Below, piece after piece: positions 9,340 to 18,009 of a stretch of DNA of 64,000 nucleotides. The notes under the pieces are model-generated. The model did not search any database, was not told where the DNA came from, and worked only from the letters and a program-made list of their open reading frames with translations. The DNA lies in assembly GCA_963708605.1 (NCBI GenBank), contig CAVPTG010000007.1, forward strand, positions 193,988 to 257,987, read 5' to 3'. The translations under genes and the position numbers were made by a program. This DNA comes from Candidatus Dormiibacterota bacterium. Lineage in GTDB: Bacteria; Chloroflexota; Dormibacteria; Aeolococcales; Aeolococcaceae. Within the stretch, counting starts at the first letter, position 1, and each line of letters begins with the position of its first letter.

Positions 9340-10091
9340 ATCCGCCGCTGGTCATCGCCGGCGTGACGGTTGCCGGCGGTCTCGTCGGGCTGGGCTCGGG
9401 CTGGCTCGCCGTGGCGCTGGAGCGGTTCGAGCGGCTCGAGGAGGAGGAACGCCAGGAGCGCCTCGAGTACGAACGCGACGCCGCTGAGGAGCTGAGCAGA
9501 GCTGCCGCGGCGGGTGAAGAGGTGGCGCCGGCGCGCCCCTGGGCCGGCGAGCGTTATGGCTGGACCTGGCTGGAACGCTGGCTCTCGCCGGCGCTCGGAG
9601 CGGTTGGATTCGGGGCCTTCGCCGCGCACGAGCAGTTCGGCACCGGGTTGCTGATCCATCTGCTGTGGATCACGATCTTCGTCCACATCGTCGACTTCGA
9701 CCTGAAGCACCGGCTCATCCTCAACGTGATCACCTACCCGAGCGTCCTAGCCGCGCTCGTGCTCAGCGAATGGTCCCCGCGTCTGACGTTCACCGGCGCG
9801 ATCATCGGAGCGGTCGGGGTGGCGGCATTCTTTTTGGTGCAGAACCTGGTGTCGCGCGGCAGCATCGAACTCGGCGACGCGAAGCTCGGCGCGCTGGTGG
9901 GCGCGGTGACCGGGGCCGGCCCGACCAGCGCGAACCTCGGGGCGGTCTACGCGGTGATCGCCGGGGTGTTCATCGGTGGCGCGACCGCCATCGTCCTGCT
10001 CATCACACGCGTGCGCGGGCTCAAAGACCCGATACCCTATGGTCCGTTCCTCTGTGCGGGCGCAGCGCTCATCCTGTACCTCGGTCCGTGA
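9336..10091 (+). CDS. A24-family prepilin peptidase-like membrane protease (no methyltransferase domain)
   Basis: GTG 9336 (inside track ORF 8685..10091) overlaps the aroE stop. 251 aa, polytopic. Asp contexts 'HIVDFDLKHRLI' and 'ELGDAKLGALVG'; C-terminal 'PYGPFLCAGA'. Confidence 0.75.
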   Translation: MNPPLVIAGVTVAGGLVGLGSGWLAVALERFERLEEEERQERLEYERDAAEELSRAAAAGEEVAPARPWAGERYGWTWLERWLSPALGAVGFGAFAAHEQFGTGLLIHLLWITIFVHIVDFDLKHRLILNVITYPSVLAALVLSEWSPRLTFTGAIIGAVGVAAFFLVQNLVSRGSIELGDAKLGALVGAVTGAGPTSANLGAVYAVIAGVFIGGATAIVLLITRVRGLKDPIPYGPFLCAGAALILYLGP

Positions 10092-10127
10092 CCCGCACGC
10101 AGTCCAGGGGTTCGTTGAGGTGAGGCA

Positions 10128-10650
10128 ATGCCGACGCAGTTGATGCCGGGGGAACGGTCCATCGCACTGGTACGCCAGCACTGGTCGGTGCTCGCCGGCC
10201 ATGTCCTGGGTGCGATTGTGGTCATCGTCGTCGCAATCGTGCTCAACGCCAAGCTTCCCGCGACGGTCGGCTCGGTGTCGATATCCACCGTCAAGAACAT
10301 CGTCGCCCTCGTGCTGATCGTTGGCGCCGTGCTCTGGGCAGGGCTGCGGATCCTTCGCTGGCGCTTTGCCACCTATCACCTCACCGACCGGCGCATCGTG
10401 ATGGAGGGCGGCATCCTCTCGAGGACGGCGGAGACCATCCCGCTCGATCGCATCCAGAACACGGTGATCCACCGCCCATTCGGCGACCGTCTCATCGGCG
10501 CCGGTGACATCGAGATCGAGTTCGGCTGGGCGCGATGGCGTGGAGGTGCTCCACCGCATCCCCAGGGCCGAGGCCTTCTACAACGAGCTGCTCACCACCA
10601 TGAACACGCCCCCGTCGGCGGCAGCACCACCACGCCCCGCTGGCCTTTGA
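10128..10650 (+). pseudogene. bPH_2 (YdbS/YdbT-type) PH-domain membrane protein, interrupted by a +1 frameshift at ~10521
   Basis: Two TM helices, then 'YHLTDRRIVMEGGILSRTAETIPLDRIQNT'. After 'GDIEIE' (codon 10518-10520) the family-typical continuation 'SAGRDGVEVLHRIPRAEAFYNELLTTM' runs in the next frame from 10522 to TGA 10648-10650. Length is 523 nt = 3n+1. Track ORF 10128..10694 reads on in the wrong frame. Confidence 0.8.
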
Positions 10651-10668
10651 GACCAGCGCCGGGTGCGC

Positions 10669-10854
10669 TCAGTGGATCCGCGCGAGGGCAATGATCCGCG
10701 CGACGGCCTCGGTGGCGGCAGCTGACGATCCCTGGCGGGCCACCTCGCGGTAGGCGCAGATCGCCGCGATCACCTCGCCGTTGGCTTCGAGCAGCCGGGC
10801 GATGCGCAGGTGCTCGAGGGCCGTCCGCCGCACGCCGATCGCCTCGCTCACCAC
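10669..10854 (-). CDS. hypothetical small helical protein (61 aa)
   Basis: Last 61 codons of track ORF 10669..11595(-), starting at GTG 10854. Strong G/C third-position bias like neighbouring genes, which is lost upstream of 10854. The rest of that ORF is antisense to aroC. Confidence 0.4.
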   Translation of the reverse strand: MVSEAIGVRRTALEHLRIARLLEANGEVIAAICAYREVARQGSSAAATEAVARIIALARIH

Positions 10855-10956
10855 ATGCAGTCTTCGCGCCCAGCCGGGACTCGACGCGGACAAATTCGCC
10901 CCGCGATTCGGACCTGAACGGAGCAGATGGGCGAACGCCAATACAATCGGTTGTGA

Positions 10957-12115
10957 ATGCTTCGATTTCTCACGGCCGGCAAGTCGCATGGCCCTCAGCT
11001 GACCGTGATCGTCGAGGGTATGCCGGCCGGTGTCCCCATGAATGCGAACTCGCGACATCGATCCGGACCTCCGGCGACGCCAGGGTGGACACGGGCGGGG
11101 AAAACGCCAGCAGATCGAGCGGGACACGGCTCGGATCGTCAGTGGGGTCCGAGGCGGCAGGACCCTCGGCTCCCCGATCACGCTGGTCATCGAGAACCGC
11201 GACTGGGAGAACTGGAAGGGACCGATGCAGGTCGAGGCCCGCGGCTTCAAGGCCAAAGCGGTCACCCGCGTCCGTCCCGGCCATGCCGACCTGGCGGGCG
11301 TGCTGAAGTACGGGTTCAGCGATGCGCGTGACGTCCTCGAGCGGGCGAGCGCCCGCGAAACCGCTGCGCGGGTCGCTGCCGGAGCCGTGGGGCGGACGCT
11401 TCTCGCAGCGCTCGGTATGGATGTCCATTCCTGCGTCATCCGGGTCGGCGACGTCCATGTCCCGATCCCCGACGCGCCGGTGTCGTGGGATGCCGTCGAG
11501 CGCTCCGCGGTCCGCTGCGCCGACGACGACGCGGCGGCGCGGATGGTGGCCGCCATCGATGCGGCCCGCGAGCGGGGCGACACGCTCGGCGGCACCGCCT
11601 ACGTGGTGGCCTCGCATGTTCCGGCCGGACTTGGCAGTTACGTGCACTGGGACCGGCGCATCGACGGGCTGATCGCGCAGGCGATGTGCAGCATCCCGTC
11701 GGTCAAGGGTGTCGAGCTGGGGGCCGCTGTCCTTGCGGCGCGGTCGCCGGGCTCGGCGGTGCATGACGAGCCGCGCTGGGATGCCGGGCACGGTTTTCAC
11801 CATCTCACCAACCGGCAGGGCGGCCTCGCCGGGGGGGTCACCGACGGTGAGGCCGTCTGGGCGCTGGTCCACTTCAAGCCCATCTCGACGCTGCTCCACC
11901 CGCTCCGCAGCGTGGACATCCACACAGGTGCGGAGATCAACGCCCACTACGAGCGCAGCGACATCTGCGTGGTACCGGCGGGCGCGGTCGTCGCCGAGGC
12001 GATGCTCGCATGGGTGCTCGCCGCCGCTGCGACGGAGAAGTTCGGCGGCGATACGCTCGGCGAGATGCGCCGCGCGGTCGCCGCGCATCGCCGCAGCGTC
12101 AGCCGCCTGCGATGA
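10957..12115 (+). pseudogene. aroC: chorismate synthase, interrupted by a +1 frameshift near 11044-11053
   Basis: N-terminus '[28 protein letters not shown]' is in track ORF 10957..11331. The continuation '[43 protein letters not shown]...RPGHADLAG...' is in track ORF 11042..12115, one frame over. Total 1159 nt = 3n+1. Confidence 0.85.
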
Positions 12116-13692
12116 GCAGGTTGCGCCGCATCGCTCTGGTGGGGCTGCCCGGCTCAGGCAAGAGCACCATCGCGCCGCTGGTGGCGCGAGGTCTCGGCTG
12201 GGACGCCGTCGATCTCGACGACGCGGTCGCCGAGGCATCGGGGCGTTCCCCGGCGGCGATCATCGCCGCCGACGGCGAGCCCGCGTTTCGCGAGCTCGAG
12301 CTCACCGCGCTCGAAGCCGTTCTCCGCCGTCCCGGGCCCGTGGTCATCGCCTGCGGCGGCGGCCTCATCGCCCAGCCGGCCGCGCGCCGGCTCCTCACCG
12401 AGCTCTGCACGGTCGTCTGGCTCGACGCACCGGACGCGGTGCTGGTCGAGCGCGTGGGCGATGGGACGGACCGTCCGATGCTCGGCGGATCCGCGGAGGC
12501 GGGGATTCCACGTCTCCGCAGCGGCCGTGCCCGCGCGCATCAGAGCGCGCACGTTCGTGTCGGCGCCGGCGACACCCCCGGCGCTGTGGCCGCTCAGGTG
12601 ATCGCAGCGCTCGATGGTGCCGTCCGCATCGACCTGACCGAGCGCGGCTACCACGTCGAGGTGCGCCCCGACGGGCTCGATGACGTGGTGCTGCACATCC
12701 CGGGAGGCGCGACCCGCGTGGCGTTGCTCGCGGATCGGGCGGTACGGCCCGCCACCGACCGGCTGGTCGCCTCCCTTCGCAGCGCCGGCATCGCCACCAC
12801 CGTGCTCGATGTCGCGGGCGGCGAGGAGCTCAAGACATGGGCGACCGCGGGCCGGATGCTTGCGCGTCTCGGCACCGCAGAGCTGCAGCGAAACGACTGC
12901 TTGGTCGCGCTCGGCGGAGGCACGGTGGGCGACCTTGCCGGATTCGTCGCCGCCACCTACCTGCGCGGCATCGCATGGGTGAACGTCCCGACCACCTTGC
13001 TCGCCATGGTGGACAGCGCCATCGGCGGCAAGACCGGTGTCAACCTGCCCCGGGGGAAGAACCTCGCCGGATCCATCTGGCAGCCTCGCGCCGTGATCTG
13101 CGATCCCAACCTCCTCGCCACGCAGGACGATCGGTCCTTCAGATCAGCATTCGCCGAGATCGTCAAGTACTCGATGATCGTGGAGACGACGCTTGCGTCC
13201 GAGCTCGACAGCCGGCTCGACCCGCTGCTCCGGCGCGACCCTGCTGCCTTGACCGAGACGATTCGCGAGTCCTGCGCCATCAAGGCGGCGATCGTCTCGG
13301 GAGACGAACGTGAGGCCGGGAATCGCGCCGTGCTCAACTACGGGCACACAGTCGGTCACGCTCTCGAGGCGGCCGCCGGCTTCGGCGACCGGCTGCTCCA
13401 CGGCGAGGCGGTGGCTGCGGGCATGCACGCCGCGGGCATGCTCAGCGTCCATGTCCTCGGCTGCCCCCCCGGGGATATCGACTGGCAGGATGAGATGATC
13501 GGCCGGTGCGGGCTCGCCACGACCACGGTGTTTGACCCCGAGCGCGTGCTCGGCCATCTGCGAGCGGACAAGAAAACCGTTGGCGATCGCCTGGGTTGGG
13601 TGCTCCTCGAATCGAGGGGTCATCCGCGAGTGGGCGTGCACCTCCCCGAGAACGAGGTGCTCGCGGCGCTCGACACGGTGAGGGCGCGGTGA
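12112..13692 (+). CDS. aroK/aroB: bifunctional shikimate kinase / 3-dehydroquinate synthase (in-frame fusion)
   Basis: ATG 12112 overlaps the aroC stop. Shikimate-kinase P-loop 'LVGLPGSGKSTIA', then AroB motifs 'ALGGGTVGDLAGFVAATYLRGI', 'DSAIGGKTGVN' and 'NYGHTVGHALE'. No stop or in-frame start lies between the two parts. Confidence 0.85.
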   Translation: MSRLRRIALVGLPGSGKSTIAPLVARGLGWDAVDLDDAVAEASGRSPAAIIAADGEPAFRELELTALEAVLRRPGPVVIACGGGLIAQPAARRLLTELCTVVWLDAPDAVLVERVGDGTDRPMLGGSAEAGIPRLRSGRARAHQSAHVRVGAGDTPGAVAAQVIAALDGAVRIDLTERGYHVEVRPDGLDDVVLHIPGGATRVALLADRAVRPATDRLVASLRSAGIATTVLDVAGGEELKTWATAGRMLARLGTAELQRNDCLVALGGGTVGDLAGFVAATYLRGIAWVNVPTTLLAMVDSAIGGKTGVNLPRGKNLAGSIWQPRAVICDPNLLATQDDRSFRSAFAEIVKYSMIVETTLASELDSRLDPLLRRDPAALTETIRESCAIKAAIVSGDEREAGNRAVLNYGHTVGHALEAAAGFGDRLLHGEAVAAGMHAAGMLSVHVLGCPPGDIDWQDEMIGRCGLATTTVFDPERVLGHLRADKKTVGDRLGWVLLESRGHPRVGVHLPENEVLAALDTVRAR

Positions 13693-14150
13693 CCACGATC
13701 CTGCTGCTGAACGGACCCAACCTCGCCAGCCTCGGCGAGCGCGAGCCCGACGTCTACGGGACGGTCACCCTTGCCGAGATCGAATCCGCGGTTCGCGATC
13801 GCGCCGCCGCGCTCGGACTCGCGGTGCGGTGCGAGCAGACCAACCACGAGGGCGTCATGGTCGACATCCTCGAGCGGGAGCGCGGGCGCGTGGCCGGCTG
13901 CATCGTCAACCCCGGGGGGCTGACCCATACCAGCGTCGTCCTCGCCGACGCGCTCCGTGCCTTCGGCGGGCCGGTGGTCGAGGTCCACCTGTCGAACATC
14001 CTCGCCCGCGAGCCGTTCCGGCGAGTGTCGCTCTCTGCCGAGGCGGCGGTGGCGGTGATCTCGGGGCTTGGGCTCAACAGCTACGTCCTCGCGGTGGAGG
14101 GACTGGCTAAGCTGCTCGAGGACCCTTCGACCACTGGGAGCATCGCATGA
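13689..14150 (+). CDS. aroQ: type II 3-dehydroquinate dehydratase
   Basis: GTG 13689 (inside track ORF 13596..14150) overlaps the aroB stop. Motifs 'ILLLNGPNLASLGEREPDVYG', 'NHEG' and 'IVNPGGLTHTSV'. Confidence 0.9.
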   Translation: MTTILLLNGPNLASLGEREPDVYGTVTLAEIESAVRDRAAALGLAVRCEQTNHEGVMVDILERERGRVAGCIVNPGGLTHTSVVLADALRAFGGPVVEVHLSNILAREPFRRVSLSAEAAVAVISGLGLNSYVLAVEGLAKLLEDPSTTGSIA

Positions 14151-14704
14151 TCACCGCCTCCGACCTGCGCCCGGGCGCAACCGTCGAACGCGACGGGGAC
14201 CTTTTCGAGGTCATCGACTTCTCGCACATGAAGCAGGGGCGCGGCACGGCCGTGGTGCGCGCCAAGCTGCGGAACGTCACGACCGGGGCGGTCACCGACG
14301 AGACGTTCCGTCCCGAGGAGAAGTTTGGCAGGGTGCGCATCGAACGCACCGAAGCTCAACTCCTCTACAAGGACGGGGAGAATTACGTCGTCATGGACAA
14401 CACCACGTACGACCAGATCACGCTCAGTCCCGAGCAACTCGGCACCGGCGTCGACTACCTCAAGGAGAACGACAACCTCTTTCTCCTGCGCTTCGACGAT
14501 CGCGTGCTGGGCGTCGATCTGCCGACGTCGGTGGTGCTCGAGGTCACCGCAACCGAGCCCGGTTTCAAGGGAGACACCGCCAACGCATCGTTCAAGCCGG
14601 CGGTGGTCGAGACCGGTCTCGGCGTGGACGTCCCTCTCTTCGTCAACCAGGGCGACAAGATCCGCGTGGATACGCGCACCGGGCGCTATGTGGAGCGCGC
14701 GTGA
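14147..14704 (+). CDS. efp: elongation factor P
   Basis: 185 aa with 'DLRPGATVERDGDLFEVIDFSHMKQGRGTAVVRAKLRNVTTG'. ATG overlaps the aroQ stop. Confidence 0.95.
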   Translation: MITASDLRPGATVERDGDLFEVIDFSHMKQGRGTAVVRAKLRNVTTGAVTDETFRPEEKFGRVRIERTEAQLLYKDGENYVVMDNTTYDQITLSPEQLGTGVDYLKENDNLFLLRFDDRVLGVDLPTSVVLEVTATEPGFKGDTANASFKPAVVETGLGVDVPLFVNQGDKIRVDTRTGRYVERA

Positions 14705-15090
14705 GCGACATCGACGAACCCGCGAGTCTCCAGCTGCGTCCGACCACCAACGGCCGGCGTCAGCTCGGCACCACTCGAGTGGCCAATGAGGTCGTGGCCT
14801 CGATCGCGGCGTTCGCGGCGCTGCAGGTTGCGGGGATTCACTCGATGTACCACCCGGGTGGCCAGCAGTTCGATCGCATCGTCCGCCGTTCCCATGCACA
14901 TCGCGGCGTGCGTGTGGAGATGCGCGATGACGCGCTGCATCTGAGTCTCTACGTGGTGATGGAGTCGGGCGGCAACGTCCCGGTGGTCGGCGCCGAGGTC
15001 CAGCGCCGCGTAGCCGATGCGATCGATCGCATGCTCGCCCTTCGGGTCGAGGAGGTCAACGTCTTCGTCAGCGAGGTCGCCTTCGCGTGA
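14701..15090 (+). CDS. Asp23/Gls24-family (alkaline shock) protein
   Basis: GTG 14701 (inside track ORF 14068..15090) overlaps the efp stop. 'GTTRVANEVVASIAAFAALQVAGI' and a C-terminal 'VEEVNVFVSEV' pattern. The efp-asp23-nusB order matches Firmicutes. Confidence 0.75.
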   Translation: MSDIDEPASLQLRPTTNGRRQLGTTRVANEVVASIAAFAALQVAGIHSMYHPGGQQFDRIVRRSHAHRGVRVEMRDDALHLSLYVVMESGGNVPVVGAEVQRRVADAIDRMLALRVEEVNVFVSEVAFA

Positions 15091-15512
15091 CCCCTGCCGT
15101 CTCAGGCACGGGACGTCGACGGCGCGGTCGTGAGCTCGCCCTCCGCGTGCTCTTCGAGATCGAGGGCACCGAGAAGGATCCCGACTTCGCGTTGCGATAC
15201 CAGGGCGAGGACCTGCGCGCCACCGCGGATGTCCGTGCGTTTGCGCGCCTGATCGTGCTCGGCTGCGTCGATCATCTTGACCGCATCGACACCGCGCTGG
15301 CCGCCGCGATGGAGCACTGGTCGCTCGTCGACCTCGGCAAGGTCGAGCGTGCGGTGCTCCGCCTGGGCACCTTCGAGTTGTTGTACATGGAGGCCACGCC
15401 CGTCGCCGTGGTGATTGACGAGTCGATCGAGCTGGCGCGCGCCTACGCGGGCGACGAGGCTGCGCAGTTCGTGAACGGTGTGCTCGGTCACGTCGCGCGG
15501 GAGCGGGTGTGA
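15087..15512 (+). CDS. nusB: transcription antitermination factor NusB
   Basis: 141 aa with 'RELALRVLFEIE', 'DRIDTALAAAMEHWSLVDLGKVERAVLRLGTFELLY' and 'VVIDESIELARAY'. Confidence 0.9.
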   Translation: MTPAVSGTGRRRRGRELALRVLFEIEGTEKDPDFALRYQGEDLRATADVRAFARLIVLGCVDHLDRIDTALAAAMEHWSLVDLGKVERAVLRLGTFELLYMEATPVAVVIDESIELARAYAGDEAAQFVNGVLGHVARERV

Positions 15513-17191
15513 CCGTCGCGGTCCGCTCGGTCAGCGACCTGACCGTGATGGTGCGCGACGCGCTTGCAGCACGCCCGGAGCTGGAGGACGTGCTCGTCGA
15601 GGGCGAGGTGAGCAACCTCAAGGCACACGTCTCGGGTCATCTCTACTTCACGCTCAAGGACGCGCGCGCAGCGGTGTCCTGCGTGTGCTTTCGCACCAAT
15701 GCGCTGCTCATCCCGTTCCGGCCGGACAACGGCATGACGGTGGTTGCGCACGGGTCGGTACAGGTCTACGGGCAGCAGGGACGCTACCAGTTGTATGTCG
15801 ACCGGCTCGAGCCGAGCGGTATCGGCGCGCTCGCCCTGGGTGTCGAGCAGTTGAAGCAGCGGCTCAGCGCGGAGGGGCTCTTCGACGAGCGGCGCAAGCG
15901 GCGTCTCCCGTTGCTGCCGCGACGGGTCGTCGTCGTGACCTCGCGCAGCGGTGCCGCATTGCGCGATGTGTGCACCGTGATCGCGCGCCGCGCGCCCTGT
16001 ATCGGCGTGGTGCTGTCGCCGGCAACCGTGCAGGGCGACGGAGCGGTGGAGACGCTGATTCGGGCGCTGCAGCGGGCCGACCGGGTGCGCGATGCCGACG
16101 TGATCCTGCTGGTGCGCGGCGGTGGTTCGCTCGAGGACCTGATCGCGTTCAACAGCAAGTCGCTGGCGCGAGCGATCAGAGCGACCCGCCTCCCGGTCGT
16201 CACCGGCGTCGGCCATGAGACCGACACGACGGTTGCCGACCTGGCTGCGGACCGCCGAGCGGCGACGCCCTCTGCTGCCGCGGAGCTGGTCGCACCCAGC
16301 GTCGCCGTGCTTCGTGACGACGTCGCCGGGCGCAGCGCCCGTCTGGGGATCGCGTTGGGCGGACTGGTCAAGGTGCATCGCGATCGCGTGCACATCGCGT
16401 CACTGCGCCTGCGCCAGGCGTTGATGCAGGAGACCTCGCTGAAACGGCGCGCCCTCGACCACGAGATGTCGCGCTTTGCCGTCGCGCACCCTTCGCGGCG
16501 CGTGGAGCTCGAACGGCTTCGACTTACGCGTGCGTCCGAGCGCCTTGAGGACGCGACCGTCCGCGTCACCGTGGCGCGGCGCGCGGCCCTGACCACGAGG
16601 AGCGCACGCCTTGCCGCGCTGTCGCCGCGACGGACCCTGGAGCGAGGCTACTCGATCACCTCCGACGCGGACGGGAGGGTCCTGACCGACGCCACCTCGG
16701 TGGCGGCGGGGACGCGCCTGCACACCGTCCTCCGCTATGGGACCCTGGAAAGCACCGTCGAGCGAATCCATGTCGAGTTCCCAACCGGGGAGCGAACAGA
16801 TGTACGATTCCGGGACGGCATCGGACGACCGATGACACTCGGTTTCTCGGAGGACGGCATCACGGCGCTCACCTATGAGGCTGCGCTGGCCGAGCTCGAC
16901 ACGCTGATCACCAAGCTGGAGGGCGGGAGCATCGCGCTCGAGGAAGCAATCGGCGCATACGAGCGGGGCGTTGTGCTCGCTCAGTACTGCACCGAGCTGC
17001 TCGAGCGGACCGAAGAGCGGGTGAAGCAACTCGTGGTGAGCGCGAGTGGCGCCATGGGCGAGCGTCCCCTTGAAGCGGCAGCCGGATCAGCCCCCGACGC
17101 TTTCGGGACACCCGTGGCCGGAGCCGCCGCGCCGTCCGCCCCGGTCCGATCGGCACCGCCGCGCATCGATCCTGACGACGTCCCTTTTTGA
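15509..17191 (+). CDS. xseA: exodeoxyribonuclease VII large subunit continuing in frame into a small-subunit (XseB) domain
   Basis: 560 aa. XseA motifs 'GEVSNLKAHVSGHLYFTLKD', 'VVVVTSRSGAALRD' and 'VTGVGHETDTTVADLAAD'. From internal ATG 16832 there is an XseB-like 'LTYEAALAELDTLITKLEGGSIALEEAIGAYERGVVLAQYCTELL'. No stop codon lies between them in this frame. Confidence 0.8.
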   Translation: MTVAVRSVSDLTVMVRDALAARPELEDVLVEGEVSNLKAHVSGHLYFTLKDARAAVSCVCFRTNALLIPFRPDNGMTVVAHGSVQVYGQQGRYQLYVDRLEPSGIGALALGVEQLKQRLSAEGLFDERRKRRLPLLPRRVVVVTSRSGAALRDVCTVIARRAPCIGVVLSPATVQGDGAVETLIRALQRADRVRDADVILLVRGGGSLEDLIAFNSKSLARAIRATRLPVVTGVGHETDTTVADLAADRRAATPSAAAELVAPSVAVLRDDVAGRSARLGIALGGLVKVHRDRVHIASLRLRQALMQETSLKRRALDHEMSRFAVAHPSRRVELERLRLTRASERLEDATVRVTVARRAALTTRSARLAALSPRRTLERGYSITSDADGRVLTDATSVAAGTRLHTVLRYGTLESTVERIHVEFPTGERTDVRFRDGIGRPMTLGFSEDGITALTYEAALAELDTLITKLEGGSIALEEAIGAYERGVVLAQYCTELLERTEERVKQLVVSASGAMGERPLEAAAGSAPDAFGTPVAGAAAPSAPVRSAPPRIDPDDVPF

Positions 17192-17220
17192 CAACGCCAA
17201 TACACATAAATGTCGTATAA

Positions 17221-18009
17221 ATGGGAACCATGACAGCTGTGTCCCAGGCTAGGCGGGTGGATCTCGAGCTCGTCGCTCGTGGTCTCGCTCCGAGCCGGGA
17301 GCGAGCCCAGGCACTCGTCGCAGCGGGCCTGGTCGAGATTGACGGCTCGCGGGCGGCCAGCGCTGATCAGCGGGTCGGACCGGCAGCAGCCATCAGGCTG
17401 CTGGGACGCGATCACCCCTGGGCGAGCAGAGGAGGGCTCAAGCTCGCTCCGGCTTTGGACGCGTTCGGCATTGCATGCGCCGGCCGTGTTTGCCTCGACG
17501 CCGGCGCGTCGACGGGTGGGTTCACCGATGTGCTGCTTACGCGGGGAGCTTCGTACGTCTACGCGGTGGACGTCGGCCGCGGCCAGCTGGATCCACGACT
17601 GGCCACCGATCCCCGAGTTCGCGTGATGGACCGCACCAACCTGCGCTCCCTCGCGTCGCTTCCCGGGCCGGCGCTCGACCTGATCACCCTCGACCTTTCG
17701 TTCATCTCGCTGCGCCTGGTGATGCCGGCCGTGGTGCGCCTCATCGCGCCGGGTGGGGCAGACCTCGTCGCCTTGTTCAAGCCGCAGTTCGAGCTCGGCC
17801 GCGACGCGATCGGGAAGGGCGGGATCGTTAGGGACCCAGCAGCGGCGGCGCTTGCCGCGGCGGCGTTCGCCCGGTGGCTGGAGACCGAGTTTGGGGCCGC
17901 GTCCGCGGATCCCATGCCCTCTCCGGTTCGCGGAGCCAAGGGGAATCTCGAGTGGTTGGTGGGAGCACGTCTCGTCGGCGCTGAAGCGCCCGACGCGGAT
18001 CACCCATGA
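17221..18009 (+). CDS. tlyA: TlyA-family rRNA 2'-O-methyltransferase (S4 + FtsJ domains)
   Basis: 262 aa with 'RVDLELVARGLAPSRERAQALVAAGLVEIDG' (S4), 'SRGGLKL', 'DAGASTGGFTD' and 'DLSFISL'. Start is ATG 17221 or 17230. Confidence 0.9.
   Translation: MGTMTAVSQARRVDLELVARGLAPSRERAQALVAAGLVEIDGSRAASADQRVGPAAAIRLLGRDHPWASRGGLKLAPALDAFGIACAGRVCLDAGASTGGFTDVLLTRGASYVYAVDVGRGQLDPRLATDPRVRVMDRTNLRSLASLPGPALDLITLDLSFISLRLVMPAVVRLIAPGGADLVALFKPQFELGRDAIGKGGIVRDPAAAALAAAAFARWLETEFGAASADPMPSPVRGAKGNLEWLVGARLVGAEAPDADHP

Noticed and set aside
12560-12640. Possibility that the aroK-aroB fusion is another frameshift artefact
   Set aside because: There is no stop in the aroK frame and no in-frame or coupled start for aroB at the junction. 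The only nearby ATG (out of frame) runs into TGA after 7 codons. It is kept as a genuine in-frame fusion.
17188-17221. TTGACA (17188-17193) plus TATAAA (17216-17221) as a sigma-70-type promoter for tlyA
   Set aside because: The spacer between the two hexamers is 22 nt, too long for a canonical promoter. The TATAAA box alone might drive a leaderless transcript starting at ATG 17230, but the evidence is too thin to list as a feature.
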